Origin: an uncultured bacterium
GTDB lineage: Bacteria > Babelota > Babeliae > Babelales > Vermiphilaceae
Assembly (NCBI GenBank): GCA_963702025.1
Contig: OY969699.1
Span: 416,001-480,000 of the forward strand
Reading direction: 5' to 3'
Length of the DNA: 64,000 bases
Shown: in pieces, positions 1 through 10,271 of the stretch
Numbering within the stretch: position 1 is the first letter of the stretch
Layout: every line of letters begins with the position of its first letter
Notes under the pieces: generated by a model
Databases searched by the model: none
Told to the model about the DNA's origin: nothing
What the model saw: the letters and a program-made list of their open reading frames with translations, nothing else
Translations under genes and position numbers: made by a program

Positions 1-250
1 TCAAGAGCAGCAGATGCTAGCATTGTTACTTGCCGATGAACTTTATGCAGTTGGATTGTGCGCTGAAGTATTGCTGGAAGGCGGGTCAATCAAAAGTATG
101 ATGAACCGAGCAAATAAACTCGGCGCTGCCTATGCACTACTTCTTGGTTCTGATGAACAACAAAAAAATCAAGTAACGGTAAAGAATATGATTACTGGAG
201 CGCAAGAAACTATTTCTCAAGCTGATTTGGTTGGGTATTTGCAGAAATAG
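1..250 (+). CDS. hisS: Histidyl-tRNA synthetase, C-terminal anticodon-binding domain (5' truncated by window)
   Basis: GSIKSMMNRANKLGAAYALLLGSDE...VTVKNMITGAQE matches the class IIa anticodon-binding domain of HisRS. Confidence 0.85.
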   Translation, partial: QEQQMLALLLADELYAVGLCAEVLLEGGSIKSMMNRANKLGAAYALLLGSDEQQKNQVTVKNMITGAQETISQADLVGYLQK

Positions 251-256
251 TTTTCC

Positions 257-931
257 TTAATCAATAATTTCTTTGCCGGTTTCAGAGTTTTTAAGATGGT
301 AATTTTCTACTTTTCCAGTGAAATCAGGGCGATAGTAAATCATTAAAGGCTGTTCAAAATAGGCAAGGTTATTACCGGCTCCTGCTATTTTATCATCACC
401 ATTTCCCTGTGCTACCCATATAAGATCATTAACCTTACCATTAAATCGAGGCCGTTCTCCTGAACCTTTAATCTCGGGGTGTTTTTTAAATAAATTATAG
501 AGTATATCTAATGCTCTTTGGGTACTTTCTGTCCCTAAATCACTATAAAAGACAACTCGAGGAAGATGTTTTTCTCGTAAATGTTCGTCAGTATTAACTG
601 CTACCTTAAAAATATGAATTAGTCTTTTTAATTCGGGATCATCTTTAAAGGCATCAAGGATCAAAACGATCAATCTGCTTAAATCAGTCCCCGCCGCCGG
701 CATGAGATGGATTTTATACCGATTCGTTATGGACTTGAGACCAATTTTTTTATCTTCAGCATTCCACGATGATATTTCGCGCAGGGCATTTTGAACGTTA
801 TCTTGTAGGTCCAGATACTTTATATTAATACTGCGGGTGGGGCTGGTTGCAGAAAATACACATAACCCGAAGAATAATATGGCACAGGCAAAGAAAGTTG
901 CGCCCCGTAAGCTCTTCCCAATAGTTGCCAT
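257..931 (-). CDS. Hypothetical protein with OspF/HopA1-like lyase-type motifs; possibly the frameshifted 3' half of 820..1812
   Basis: YKIHL...FKV...R...VVFY...PRFN motif order; overlaps the upstream ORF by 112 nt. Confidence 0.5.
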   Translation of the reverse strand: MATIGKSLRGATFFACAILFFGLCVFSATSPTRSINIKYLDLQDNVQNALREISSWNAEDKKIGLKSITNRYKIHLMPAAGTDLSRLIVLILDAFKDDPELKRLIHIFKVAVNTDEHLREKHLPRVVFYSDLGTESTQRALDILYNLFKKHPEIKGSGERPRFNGKVNDLIWVAQGNGDDKIAGAGNNLAYFEQPLMIYYRPDFTGKVENYHLKNSETGKEIID

Positions 932-1812
932 GCGTTGGAACGTTGTTTCTGGATTGTTTTTGCTGCCTCAAGCGCTTGTATAAAGAACGCTTCAGAGTAT
1001 ACCCAGTTAGATATTCCCTCTTTTATTGCTTTTGCCTGATACTCCCTTGGAATTAGATTGAATACTCCCGGGAAACGATTGACTAACGCTTGCTCCTCGG
1101 GTGTTAATTGTTCAGATATTACTTGGGGTGCTTTTGGGACCGGTAATGGCCGCGGTTGTGGTTTAATTTGGGGCGCTCCTGGCTTTGCCTTTGCCGGCTG
1201 TTGTTCAAACTGTTTTTCATTTAAGGCTGTATTTACTGCCCACCGCCAGAGCTGATATGCTTGCTTTTGATCTTGTATCATCGTAGAGCCCCGTGTAGCC
1301 AATGGATTTGATTCAAACTCGAAATTCCGCCATTTTATCGATTCAACGTTATCTCCACTACGCAAGCCAAGAATATCCCATGCTGTTGAAGAATCGCTAA
1401 GGGGATTTAAGATGAAAAATTCATTTGGATTTCTTTTGGAGTACGCATTCATAAGACTGTTTTGAATATAATTGTAGGCTCCTTTACTTACCTTTGGCCG
1501 CCCGCCATTTTTTTGTTGTTCAAGTAACTTTTTCCGTTTATTTTCAAGTTCATCTTCGATTTCAGTACGGTGTCTGATCATTGATAAATATTTTTCCTCA
1601 TTAATATAGCCTTTTTTATACTGTTCGATTACATCCTTCATATTTTCTTTATTGGTAGCAATCATAGATTCAACAGTGCTTATTTGTTGAGCCAGTGATT
1701 CTTCTTGTCCCCTTGCTTGCGGGAGTTGTTCCATCCCTTTGCTTATGTAGATGATACCCAGAAGGGTAACTAGAGAGATTTTTAATGTATTTTTCATAGG
1801 ATTTTTCCCCAA
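820..1812 (-). CDS. Secreted hypothetical protein (signal peptide, SKG-ME), coiled coil and Pro-rich linker
   Basis: MKNTLKISLVTLLGIIYISKG-MEQ; Q/E/K-rich helix; PAKAKPGAPQIKPQPRPLPVP linker. Confidence 0.65.
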   Translation of the reverse strand: MGKNPMKNTLKISLVTLLGIIYISKGMEQLPQARGQEESLAQQISTVESMIATNKENMKDVIEQYKKGYINEEKYLSMIRHRTEIEDELENKRKKLLEQQKNGGRPKVSKGAYNYIQNSLMNAYSKRNPNEFFILNPLSDSSTAWDILGLRSGDNVESIKWRNFEFESNPLATRGSTMIQDQKQAYQLWRWAVNTALNEKQFEQQPAKAKPGAPQIKPQPRPLPVPKAPQVISEQLTPEEQALVNRFPGVFNLIPREYQAKAIKEGISNWVYSEAFFIQALEAAKTIQKQRSNAWQLLGRAYGAQLSLPVPYYSSGYVYFLQPAPPAVLI

Positions 1813-1981
1813 ATTTTTGCCTATTTTTACTAAATATAGTTCTAATTGTAATTATAATAATATGGATTACTAAAAATCTATGATTTTAAAGAAATTATTA
1901 CTTTCGATGAATGACAAGGCTTTTTTTGAGCTGAAATAAGAAAATCGGGCCTAGAATAGCCCTTTGATGCCAAAGATGTTT

Positions 1982-2671
1982 TTATAAGCCAAATAGCCGG
2001 ACCAAGTAATTTCTGAACATATAAAAGAAAATTACCGTAAATAGAATGCCATCAAAGCGATCTAAAAAGCCGCCATGGCCGGGTAAAAGTGTTCCTGAAT
2101 CTTTAATCCCTGCTCTGCGCTTGAGCCAGGATTCAAAAAGATCCCCGATTAGTGAAAGAATACAAACCATTAATGAAAATAATGCAATAAACCACCGCGG
2201 TTTTGATTTGCCCAGTTCCCAAAGTACGAGTACTAATCCGATGCAAGCAAATATCCAACCACCTACAATCCCTTCCCATGTTTTGCCCGGACTGATTTTT
2301 GGAGCAAGTTTGTGAAATCCTATTGTTGTTCCCACAAAATATGAACCGGTGTCAAAACTAAATACAATAATAAATAAGATAAAAAGCAGCGGATGATAGA
2401 GCGGATTCTGGTTCATGGCGATCAAAAAAGTGAATGGTAGGATCGGATAAAATGGCATTATCAGCCAGTAAGAAAGCTTTTTGATACTAAAAAAATTTTT
2501 CCATTCAAAAATAATGATGAGTAGTAAAATAAAACCGAGCACCATGGAAAAATAGATTGGTGGTAGATAGGCAAATAAAGTCCAAAAAAGTATGCCTAAA
2601 ACAAGGCCGGTTGCTAGCCGTTTTGCAAATTGTGATAGGCCATGCTTGGTAAAAATAGTTACCATGTGCAA
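1982..2671 (-). CDS. cdsA: Phosphatidate cytidylyltransferase
   Basis: SPGKTWEG, GDLFESWLKRRAGIKDSG, LPGHGGFLDRFD signature. Confidence 0.95.
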   Translation of the reverse strand: MHMVTIFTKHGLSQFAKRLATGLVLGILFWTLFAYLPPIYFSMVLGFILLLIIIFEWKNFFSIKKLSYWLIMPFYPILPFTFLIAMNQNPLYHPLLFILFIIVFSFDTGSYFVGTTIGFHKLAPKISPGKTWEGIVGGWIFACIGLVLVLWELGKSKPRWFIALFSLMVCILSLIGDLFESWLKRRAGIKDSGTLLPGHGGFLDRFDGILFTVIFFYMFRNYLVRLFGL

Positions 2672-3030
2672 TCACCTTCATTAAAAGCATTGGCAATATA
2701 GACCAACTCTAACTGCGCACCTTCTCCATGCACCAGCGCCACGTCAAAACGGTAGGAGCATTCGGCTGTTGTGCGGTGGGCAATATAATGCTTTGCAACG
2801 CTTATTATTTTGCGCTGTTTGTTTGGCGTTATCACATCACCCAAATCAAAATAATTTTCTTGGCGCATCTTTACTTCTACAAATACCAATAATGAGGGCT
2901 TGCTTGCAATAAGATCAATTTCTCCATCTTTTTTGCGGTAATTACGCTCGACTATTTTAAATCCATCGGCAATAAGTTTTTGCGCTACCTTATCTTCTGC
3001 TTCTTTACCCAGTTGTGAACGAAAATGCAT
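2659..3030 (-). CDS. yraN: YraN family (UPF0102) nuclease-like protein
   Basis: GKEAE, RNYR, GEIDLIA, FVEVK, RFDV motifs. Confidence 0.93.
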   Translation of the reverse strand: MHFRSQLGKEAEDKVAQKLIADGFKIVERNYRKKDGEIDLIASKPSLLVFVEVKMRQENYFDLGDVITPNKQRKIISVAKHYIAHRTTAECSYRFDVALVHGEGAQLELVYIANAFNEGDCTW

Positions 3031-3049
3031 GATCTATCTTTCTAAATTC

Positions 3050-4102
3050 TTATGCTCTAGTCCGAGATGGCGTTTCCAACTTTTGCGCTTCTTTTACCTG
3101 TTCCTTGATTGTATTATGTCTTTCTTTGTCTTCTACGCTCGGTACAGCAAATTTTGCATTGTTTTGCGCAAGAGGAATTTCCTCTATAAATTTATTCGCA
3201 TCAGCCACAATAGTTCCCGGTTTTGATGGCAGAGCAACAGGCGCTAATACTTTTTGTTCCAACGAAGCCAGTTGTGTTTTGACAGTTGGCAGATCAGGAA
3301 CCAATCGCTTGGTGATTGCATGATCGGGAAATTTTTCACCCAAGGTTAATTGTGCGCGCAATGCTGCTTCAGAATTATTTTGTGCCTGCGCCAAAGAAAA
3401 GCTAATTTCAAGAACTTGTGGTTGAGCTGAAGGCAGATCGGGAAGATGCTCTTTTGTTATTAAATCAAGCCGTTTTTGAGCAGCTTTAAAGTTGTTGCCT
3501 TTGAGGTAAAAATTAAAGATATTAGTGTCGCTTTCTAATAATTTTTCTCTGCATTGGGTGGCAAGCAGGGTTACCTGATCAACATATTCTGATTTTGGAT
3601 GGTTAGCATAAAATTGTTGGCAAAGCTTAAGGGTCTCTTCTGTTTTAGTTTGATCCCTATCAGAAGTCAACGTAAGTTTCCAACCGCATTCAATAGCCTT
3701 ATAATGGGCATAAGCGCAACGAGTTGCTCCCGGATAGAGCAGGATAAACTCATTGTAAGCTTTCTCAGCTTTGGTCCATTCTTGCAATTGATAATAAATA
3801 TCCGCCATTTCTAAGAGGATATCTTTGACCATCTCAGGATCGGTACAATTAAGGCGCATGGCATCCAGATATTTTACTGCAGTTGCCAGATCATTTTGTT
3901 TTAATGCTTTTTCTTTGCCTTCTTTGAGTTCAGCAAACGGTTTATCTGCCAGAGGATTTTTTCGAGGAGTCCCTTTTTTACCTTTGCTGCTCAAGTCGGG
4001 GGCCTGTTTTTGGGGAAACATTGAAGAAGAAAAGGCGCATAGGTCAGGAGCGCTAGTAATCATGAGGCCTAGAATGACTATAAAAAGATGGGGGCGGATC
4101 AT
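3050..4102 (-). CDS. bamD: Outer membrane protein assembly factor BamD-like TPR protein
   Basis: TPR helices, FILLYPG, YAHY, DRDQTKT, FYLK..N.KAA..R; start taken at MIRPHLF. Confidence 0.8.
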   Translation of the reverse strand: MIRPHLFIVILGLMITSAPDLCAFSSSMFPQKQAPDLSSKGKKGTPRKNPLADKPFAELKEGKEKALKQNDLATAVKYLDAMRLNCTDPEMVKDILLEMADIYYQLQEWTKAEKAYNEFILLYPGATRCAYAHYKAIECGWKLTLTSDRDQTKTEETLKLCQQFYANHPKSEYVDQVTLLATQCREKLLESDTNIFNFYLKGNNFKAAQKRLDLITKEHLPDLPSAQPQVLEISFSLAQAQNNSEAALRAQLTLGEKFPDHAITKRLVPDLPTVKTQLASLEQKVLAPVALPSKPGTIVADANKFIEEIPLAQNNAKFAVPSVEDKERHNTIKEQVKEAQKLETPSRTRA

Positions 4103-4187
4103 AAAGATTCCTTGGCAAGTTGCGGAGAAAAAACGTAGGATTATAGTATTACTATACAAGAAAATGAATAAAAATTAAGGGTGCTCG

Positions 4188-5900
4188 ATGATCACGATAA
4201 GTGTTGTTGATATTCTTCTTGAAAAAAAGATTATTACCAGTGCTCAGGCGCTTGAATGTCAGGCGCTGGCAGAACAGACGGGGCAATCGGTAGAACAGTG
4301 CCTCATTGAAAAAAAATATGCAACAGATGAGGATCTTGCCAAAGCGATTGCTACGCGAGCCGGGCTGCCTTACATTGAAAAGATCACCGATGCAATGGCA
4401 GATTTGGCAACCCTTGCCAAGGTGCCGCTCAAATTTTTGCGTGACAACGTGGTTATCCCCGTTCTGGTGGATAATCGCCTCACCATTCTCACTGCTAAAC
4501 CGAGCAACTTCCAACCCCTTGATGAGGTTAATATGCTTCTGGGAGGCAATGCAAGCTATGCAGTGGCCACCGAAAAAGTGATCATTGATGCGATCAACCG
4601 TTACTATCCGCTGGAAGGTAGCAAGCAGATGATTGCCGCCTTTGAAAAGGAGGAAGAGCTGGGGCCCGAAGAGGTTGATTTTGGTGCAATCGAAGAAAAA
4701 GATATCATGTCGATGGCTTCAGAGGCGCCCATTATCAAGCTGGTTAATAATATTTTATTTCAAGCGGCAAAGCGTGGCGCATCTGATATTCACATTGAAC
4801 CCTTTGAAAAAGAGTTAGAGGTCCGTTATCGTATTGATGGCGTATTGTATCCGGTTATGACACCACCCAAGCGAATTCAGGGGGCTCTGGTGTCTCGTAT
4901 TAAAATTATGGCAAATCTTAATATTGCTGAAAAACGAATTCCGCAAGATGGCAGAATCGATATTAAGGTAGCCGGTAAAGCAATCGATATTCGTGTCTCG
5001 GTGTTGCCGGTGGTTTTTGGCGAACGGATAGTGATGCGCTTGCTTGATAAGAGTCGCAGCTTTGGCGCACTCAAAGATCTTGGCTTTAGCGAGCGGGATT
5101 ATAAATTAATGGAACAAGATATTCATAAACCAAACGGTATTATTTATATCACCGGTCCAACCGGCTCGGGTAAAACCAGTACATTGTATTGCATCTTGGG
5201 TGAATTGAATAAACCGGATGTGAATATTATCACCGTTGAAGATCCGGTTGAATATCAAATGCCGGGTATTGGTCAAGTTGCGGTGAAAGAGAAAATTGGA
5301 CTCACCTTCGCTGCGGCGCTTCGCTCTATTTTGCGACAAGATCCGGATATTATCATGATCGGTGAAACGCGTGACTTTGAGACGGCTCAAATTGCGGTGC
5401 AAGCAGCGTTGACGGGTCACTTGGTATTTAGTACGTTGCACACAAACAATGCGCCTGCCAGTATCACCCGTTTGCTCGATATGGGCATTGAGCCATTTTT
5501 AATTGCGTCATCGGTAATATTGATCATGGCGCAACGATTGGTGCGCAAATTGTGCCCAAATTGTAAAAAGAAATATATGCCGGCAGAAGATCTTTTAGAA
5601 AGCATAGGGCTCACGCAAAAGACGGCTCAAGGAATCACTTTTTATCAGGCAGTTGGCTGTGATGAGTGTAATCAAACAGGCTATAAGGGCCGCTTGGCAG
5701 TTTTTGAATTGATGAGTATGACGGCCGGGATCGCAAAATTAACTATGGAACGCGCTGATACTTCACTCTTGCGTAAGCAAGCAATAGCTGATGGCATGAT
5801 CTTGCTTATTGATGATGGCATCCGCAAGATTAAAGAAGGATTGACCACTATAGAAGAAGTAATTGCGGTGGCAACGATGGAACAAGAAGTGGTGGAATAA
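4188..5900 (+). CDS. gspE: Type II secretion / type IV pilus assembly ATPase GspE/PilB
   Basis: ASDIHIEP, RIPQDGR, GPTGSGKTS Walker A, EDPVE, LRQDPD, GHLVFSTLHTN, tetracysteine motif. Confidence 0.95.
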   Translation: MITISVVDILLEKKIITSAQALECQALAEQTGQSVEQCLIEKKYATDEDLAKAIATRAGLPYIEKITDAMADLATLAKVPLKFLRDNVVIPVLVDNRLTILTAKPSNFQPLDEVNMLLGGNASYAVATEKVIIDAINRYYPLEGSKQMIAAFEKEEELGPEEVDFGAIEEKDIMSMASEAPIIKLVNNILFQAAKRGASDIHIEPFEKELEVRYRIDGVLYPVMTPPKRIQGALVSRIKIMANLNIAEKRIPQDGRIDIKVAGKAIDIRVSVLPVVFGERIVMRLLDKSRSFGALKDLGFSERDYKLMEQDIHKPNGIIYITGPTGSGKTSTLYCILGELNKPDVNIITVEDPVEYQMPGIGQVAVKEKIGLTFAAALRSILRQDPDIIMIGETRDFETAQIAVQAALTGHLVFSTLHTNNAPASITRLLDMGIEPFLIASSVILIMAQRLVRKLCPNCKKKYMPAEDLLESIGLTQKTAQGITFYQAVGCDECNQTGYKGRLAVFELMSMTAGIAKLTMERADTSLLRKQAIADGMILLIDDGIRKIKEGLTTIEEVIAVATMEQEVVE

Positions 5901-5943
5901 GCTTAATTTAAGGTGAACTCGATCTAAGAAATTTTACCTATGT

Positions 5944-6071
5944 CCGCTCGTGGTGAGTGATTGCGAAGCAATCATATCGAACCATGCGGACAAAACACAA
6001 TTGATTTTATTACACAAAAGGCCGCATAGATTCGATACGCCTCATTTCATTCGGCTACTCACTACGAGCGG
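5944..6071. repeat. Inverted pair of palindromic REP-like elements (family A)
   Basis: CCGCTCGTGGTGAGT-hairpin-TCGAACCATGCGG at 5944-5989 and an inverted copy at 6022-6071; flanked by AAGAAATTT(T)ACCTA direct repeats at 5926-5940 and 6076-6089. Confidence 0.85.
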
Positions 6072-6128
6072 CCTGAAGAAATTTACCTAAACTAAAGCTT
6101 TTCTATCAATTCTCAGGTCGAACTCGCA

Positions 6129-6362
6129 TTAGTTTAATTTTTCAGGAAGACTGCGCGGTTGATTTTTCTTATAAGAAATGGGAAGGCTATGAATCTTGCG
6201 CATATGAACTTTTAACTCACCGGCAGTTCTAAATTTCTGCAGACATTCTTGGCGTCTTATATTTTTCACCCTGCAGATAACGTCTTCTGCATCATACATG
6301 CACCATGAAATTAATGGTAATAAGAATAAATTGATGAAATAAAAATGTTGAAAGAATTTCAT
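6129..6362 (-). CDS. Small secreted protein with one atypical C2H2 zinc finger
   Basis: Hydrophobic N-terminus; C-x9-C..F.....L..HMRKIH. Confidence 0.55.
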   Translation of the reverse strand: MKFFQHFYFINLFLLPLISWCMYDAEDVICRVKNIRRQECLQKFRTAGELKVHMRKIHSLPISYKKNQPRSLPEKLN

Positions 6363-7837
6363 GGCAACTCCTCAAATTGATATTTTTTAATTCTTTCTTG
6401 AAGATAATTTTTTATTTTGAGGGTTCCAAGAATTTCTTTTACTCTGCTCGCTTTGGGTATTTTTTCTTTGCGACCATAATGATGCTCAGCAATTAAGAGC
6501 GCAATTAATTGTTGTAAAGTGGTATGTTTGGCAAATCCTTGCCCATGCAAGAGCAACTGCCCTCGTGGCAAAAGTAAATAATTATAATCGTTACAAAAAA
6601 TTAATGGGTTCTTAATCTCATTTTTCTCATTTGCAATGGGCAGCGTCGCAAATATATTCATGGTTTTAAGATCATAAATTTTTAATATGTCAGGCTGATC
6701 ACTATCGGTTGCGTTATAAATATACAAATAGTGTGAATTGGGGCAAAAACATAAATGGGTAGATTCAGTTATTATTTCGGGTGGTATTTCCGTTTTTTCT
6801 TCTGTTTCTACATTAAAAATAACGGTTGATGTATTACTGTTGCTTGCCAAGAATTTACCATCATTGCTCACGCAACTTACCGGTGGCATAGATAATGTTT
6901 TAAAGTTGCCTAATTTACTGGTGATATACATTTGTATTGGTGTAATGAGATTAAAATAAAGTATATAATTGAATGCGGGACTGATTGCAAAAGGTCTAAG
7001 AAAGTTATGTCGCAAATGGGCAGTTTGTTTTTGTCCGGTAGCAGCATTAAATATTTCAGCAATTTGCTTTTCAATAATAACAGGAAAAGAATCTTTTCCG
7101 ACGACAACGCGGTGTCCATTTTTGCTATAGCAGCCATAATAAAATCTGTTGTCGGCATACGCTATTAAATCATGGCTATCTAATGTGAATGCGCAGATGC
7201 CCGAATTAAGATTAGTTCTAAATTGTGCCCAAACGGTGTTATTATTTGGCGCAATGCTGAATATTCGCAATTCTTTGGCATGAGGATATAGTGTTTTAAT
7301 TTTTTCATTCACGATGGTGCAATCGCTTACCAGTGCATTGGTACGGGCATCATATATTTTCTGTTCATGATGACATAAAGTTTTATCAGCATTTATGGTC
7401 GGTTTCATTAAATATGGTTCATTGTGTTGTTTCTCAATCGGATCAGGGATCAATAGAAAATTTTCATGAAAATTTTTCATTGGAAAATGTTGATCAGAGG
7501 TATAGTTGGGCTGATAAGCGAGGCATAGATTGGCTGAGGATGGTAAATTTTGGTTGGGTTCTTTTAAGATAACTATTTTTTGCGGTGTTTGATTCTCTAA
7601 GATTTGTTCTATTCGATCATGAGCACGTTTGCGTAATTGGTGATGAATAGTAGAAGCAATATCATGATTTACGATATCAGATTGTAAGAATTTTAATGCC
7701 GACTCATAATTTTCTTGCGGATCACATAATTTTGAGACCACATTAGCAGCAAGCTCGGCGCATGAAGGGATGCGAGAGTTCATTCCATGAATATTTTGGA
7801 ATATGCATATGGCACTGATAATTATTACTATGGTCAT
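6359..7837 (-). CDS. Secreted beta-propeller (WD40-like) protein, distant paralog of the 45616-50089 family
   Basis: Signal peptide + GMN; blade-like segments (CVSNDGKFLAS, CFCPNSHYL, LKIYDL); C-terminal TLQQLIALL motif. Confidence 0.65.
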   Translation of the reverse strand: MTIVIIISAICIFQNIHGMNSRIPSCAELAANVVSKLCDPQENYESALKFLQSDIVNHDIASTIHHQLRKRAHDRIEQILENQTPQKIVILKEPNQNLPSSANLCLAYQPNYTSDQHFPMKNFHENFLLIPDPIEKQHNEPYLMKPTINADKTLCHHEQKIYDARTNALVSDCTIVNEKIKTLYPHAKELRIFSIAPNNNTVWAQFRTNLNSGICAFTLDSHDLIAYADNRFYYGCYSKNGHRVVVGKDSFPVIIEKQIAEIFNAATGQKQTAHLRHNFLRPFAISPAFNYILYFNLITPIQMYITSKLGNFKTLSMPPVSCVSNDGKFLASNSNTSTVIFNVETEEKTEIPPEIITESTHLCFCPNSHYLYIYNATDSDQPDILKIYDLKTMNIFATLPIANEKNEIKNPLIFCNDYNYLLLPRGQLLLHGQGFAKHTTLQQLIALLIAEHHYGRKEKIPKASRVKEILGTLKIKNYLQERIKKYQFEELP

Positions 7838-8337
7838 ATAAGATTCTTGCTTTCTTTTATTAATTCTTTAAAACAATCATCCATTTGCGCTAAATCCGCA
7901 TCATTTATTTCTAATGAACTAATATCATCAAAATTGTTGGCTGGCAATGGAAGGGTTGGCGCGTTATTATTTTGTTCAGGAATAGTGTCATTTTTATGCA
8001 TGTTATAAAGATGCCGCAATAAACATTTTGCGGTTTTTAAATTGTTATTAGGGCATCCATAAGAGCATTTATAGAGAAGCGATTTTTTATTTTTTTGGGA
8101 TTTTTTTTTCTTAATGGGTGAAGATGTTTTTTTAGCATTTTCGTTATGGTTTGCTAAATGCTTAATCATTATTTTTTCTGTTTTGAAAAATTTTTCACAT
8201 TTTAAACATTTAAAATTTGTATTAAATACAGAAAATTTTTTAAGACAAACATTTGAGATTTTAGATTCCATTGCATGGCTATATGATGAGAGAGTGAGGC
8301 CGATTAAAAGACCACAGAAAATTTCTTTATTATTCAT
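7834..8337 (-). CDS. Secreted C2H2 zinc-finger protein (2 fingers)
   Basis: Start at MNNKEIF behind a GAGGG SD; SHA-ME; FKCLKCEKFF..E..MIKHLANH; KKKKSQKNKK basic patch. Confidence 0.8.
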   Translation of the reverse strand: MNNKEIFCGLLIGLTLSSYSHAMESKISNVCLKKFSVFNTNFKCLKCEKFFKTEKIMIKHLANHNENAKKTSSPIKKKKSQKNKKSLLYKCSYGCPNNNLKTAKCLLRHLYNMHKNDTIPEQNNNAPTLPLPANNFDDISSLEINDADLAQMDDCFKELIKESKNLI

Positions 8338-9019
8338 GATTGTTTCCCTCTGTTTGTCTTGGAGAAAAAGGATTATTTTCAAATGGTTCTCTATTATTTT
8401 GACTTTCCCAAGCAGAAATAGTTTGAGCGACTTCATTGTCAGCAAGATTATGGCTAGAAAGATCCTGTGGTGGGATAAGAGTATTCGAGGTGATAGCGTT
8501 ATTGCAATTTTGTTCATTGTTTGTTGCTAAAATGGCGGTAGTTTTTTTTCTTGTTATCTTGCATATATGTTTGTTTAGAAAATGATTATCCAGTCTCAAT
8601 TTAGACATATATACTTGATTGCATTGCTGACATCGGTGAATTATTTTAAATTTTGTCATATCTTCTTGTTCTTCGCTGATTCTCCCCAATGAATGATTCT
8701 CGGATAAATGGGATTGCAATGATTGAAAGTCTCTAGTCTTAAAATTGCAATTGGAAGAAGTGCATTCATATGATCCCAGTACAAATGGCCTATCCTCTTC
8801 TTTGTATTCTAGTTCTGCGTTGATCCCATGCTTTTTTAAATGTTTGTTCAGCAAGGGGATAGAGTTATAAACACAGTTGCATAGTGGGCAAAGAAAATGT
8901 TGAGTGAACATTATTTTTTGTTTTTTGTTTGCTGTTTGGTTGTTTGGCATTTCCATTGAATTGGCAGTAATGGCTATTGCTGCAAGAAAAAATCCAGCTA
9001 CTATTTTTTTATGGTTCAT
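8330..9019 (-). CDS. Secreted C2H2 zinc-finger protein (3 fingers)
   Basis: ANS-MEMP; CPLC..HLKKH, CTSSNC..HLSENH, CQQC..HFLNKH. Confidence 0.85.
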   Translation of the reverse strand: MNHKKIVAGFFLAAIAITANSMEMPNNQTANKKQKIMFTQHFLCPLCNCVYNSIPLLNKHLKKHGINAELEYKEEDRPFVLGSYECTSSNCNFKTRDFQSLQSHLSENHSLGRISEEQEDMTKFKIIHRCQQCNQVYMSKLRLDNHFLNKHICKITRKKTTAILATNNEQNCNNAITSNTLIPPQDLSSHNLADNEVAQTISAWESQNNREPFENNPFSPRQTEGNNHE

Positions 9020-9033
9020 TATCTTTACTCCAT

Positions 9034-10206
9034 TTATGGTAATTTCTGTATCAATTGGGCATATGTTTTAGCACCACATGCACGTGCTTTATCAATAGCT
9101 TCTTGAATCATAGGATCATTTTGAAATTGCTCAAAAGTTGCCAAAAGCATATCCAATCCAGTCATTTTTGTTTTATTTTGGAGAGTGAATATCCAATTGA
9201 TATCAGCGCCGGCATTAATTATTCTATTAATAGTCTCAATGCTACAATATATTATAAACATGCTGAGAAATGGTTTACAAATTGTTGAATTAAGCGGGAA
9301 CATGCACTGCACCAGTGCGCTATGATCAAGTAATAACCCTATAATAGCATCTATATCCATAGGAGATTTTTCGGGCGAATCTGCGATTTTATTTGTATAT
9401 GCAATAAACGCCAACGTTGCGGCTTGTTGTGGTTTAAGAGAATGCTTCAAGAGAAAATTAATCAATTCGTAGTCATCATTTTCTATAACTTTCTCCCACA
9501 TTATTTCAATACTTATGTTCTTGCCTTGATTTAAATATGATTTTATTCTTTTCAGGACATTTATCGAATCGCACACGGGGTATCGTTTGCTGTCTTGGGT
9601 AAATATTTCAATTAGGTGATCACACAAAGATTCTTTTTGTCTCTTGCTCAGAGAGTCATTCTTGAAAATTATAACGTAAATCAATGCTTGAATTGCTCTA
9701 TCGGATAATCCTGCCGTTTTCTTGGTCAGAAGTTCATCGATTTTCTCTTTAATTGCATCAAATGTTGTTGACGATTTCAAATGAGACTCTAAAGCGGCTA
9801 TCAATAGGCTTGAGGATCCCTTTATTTCATCAAATTGTAAGATTGATTCAATATTTTTTTGGCAAAATTCCTCAATAAGCTTTTGCACCGTTATTTGTGC
9901 ATCCGAAGCGAGAGCTGTTTTTTTTCTAATTATATGAAGCAGCTCAAGTTTAGCAGCAAATGAAAGGTTATGATTATCAGCGATCAGGCAAGCGGCAGGA
10001 AGATAGCTACAGTCGTCTAAAGCTTTAATATTCTCTAAAATAGTAATTTTATCTGTTTTTTCGAAAAAGGGTGCTATTTGATCTTGCAATTGAGCAATTT
10101 GCGCTTCTTTTTGCTCAATTCGCTCTTGTTCTTGTGTTTTCATGCCGAAAGTATAAGCAGGAATAAGGCATAAAAAAACCATGCTCAAGCGATTAAAAGT
10201 ATTCAT
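9034..10206 (-). CDS. Secreted helical protein with degenerate C-terminal ankyrin repeats
   Basis: TFG-MK after signal peptide; IINAGADIN, TGLD, ARACGAKT. Confidence 0.6.
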   Translation of the reverse strand: MNTFNRLSMVFLCLIPAYTFGMKTQEQERIEQKEAQIAQLQDQIAPFFEKTDKITILENIKALDDCSYLPAACLIADNHNLSFAAKLELLHIIRKKTALASDAQITVQKLIEEFCQKNIESILQFDEIKGSSSLLIAALESHLKSSTTFDAIKEKIDELLTKKTAGLSDRAIQALIYVIIFKNDSLSKRQKESLCDHLIEIFTQDSKRYPVCDSINVLKRIKSYLNQGKNISIEIMWEKVIENDDYELINFLLKHSLKPQQAATLAFIAYTNKIADSPEKSPMDIDAIIGLLLDHSALVQCMFPLNSTICKPFLSMFIIYCSIETINRIINAGADINWIFTLQNKTKMTGLDMLLATFEQFQNDPMIQEAIDKARACGAKTYAQLIQKLP

Positions 10207-10271
10207 AAAACCTCCATTTCTAGGTATTTAGTAGGATTATCTATTCTAGAATAACACTCTTTACAATAATG

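Noticed and set aside
1230..1390. J-domain in 820..1812 (AWDILGL...ESIK...AYQL)
   Set aside because: No HPD motif and the similarity is too weak to call.
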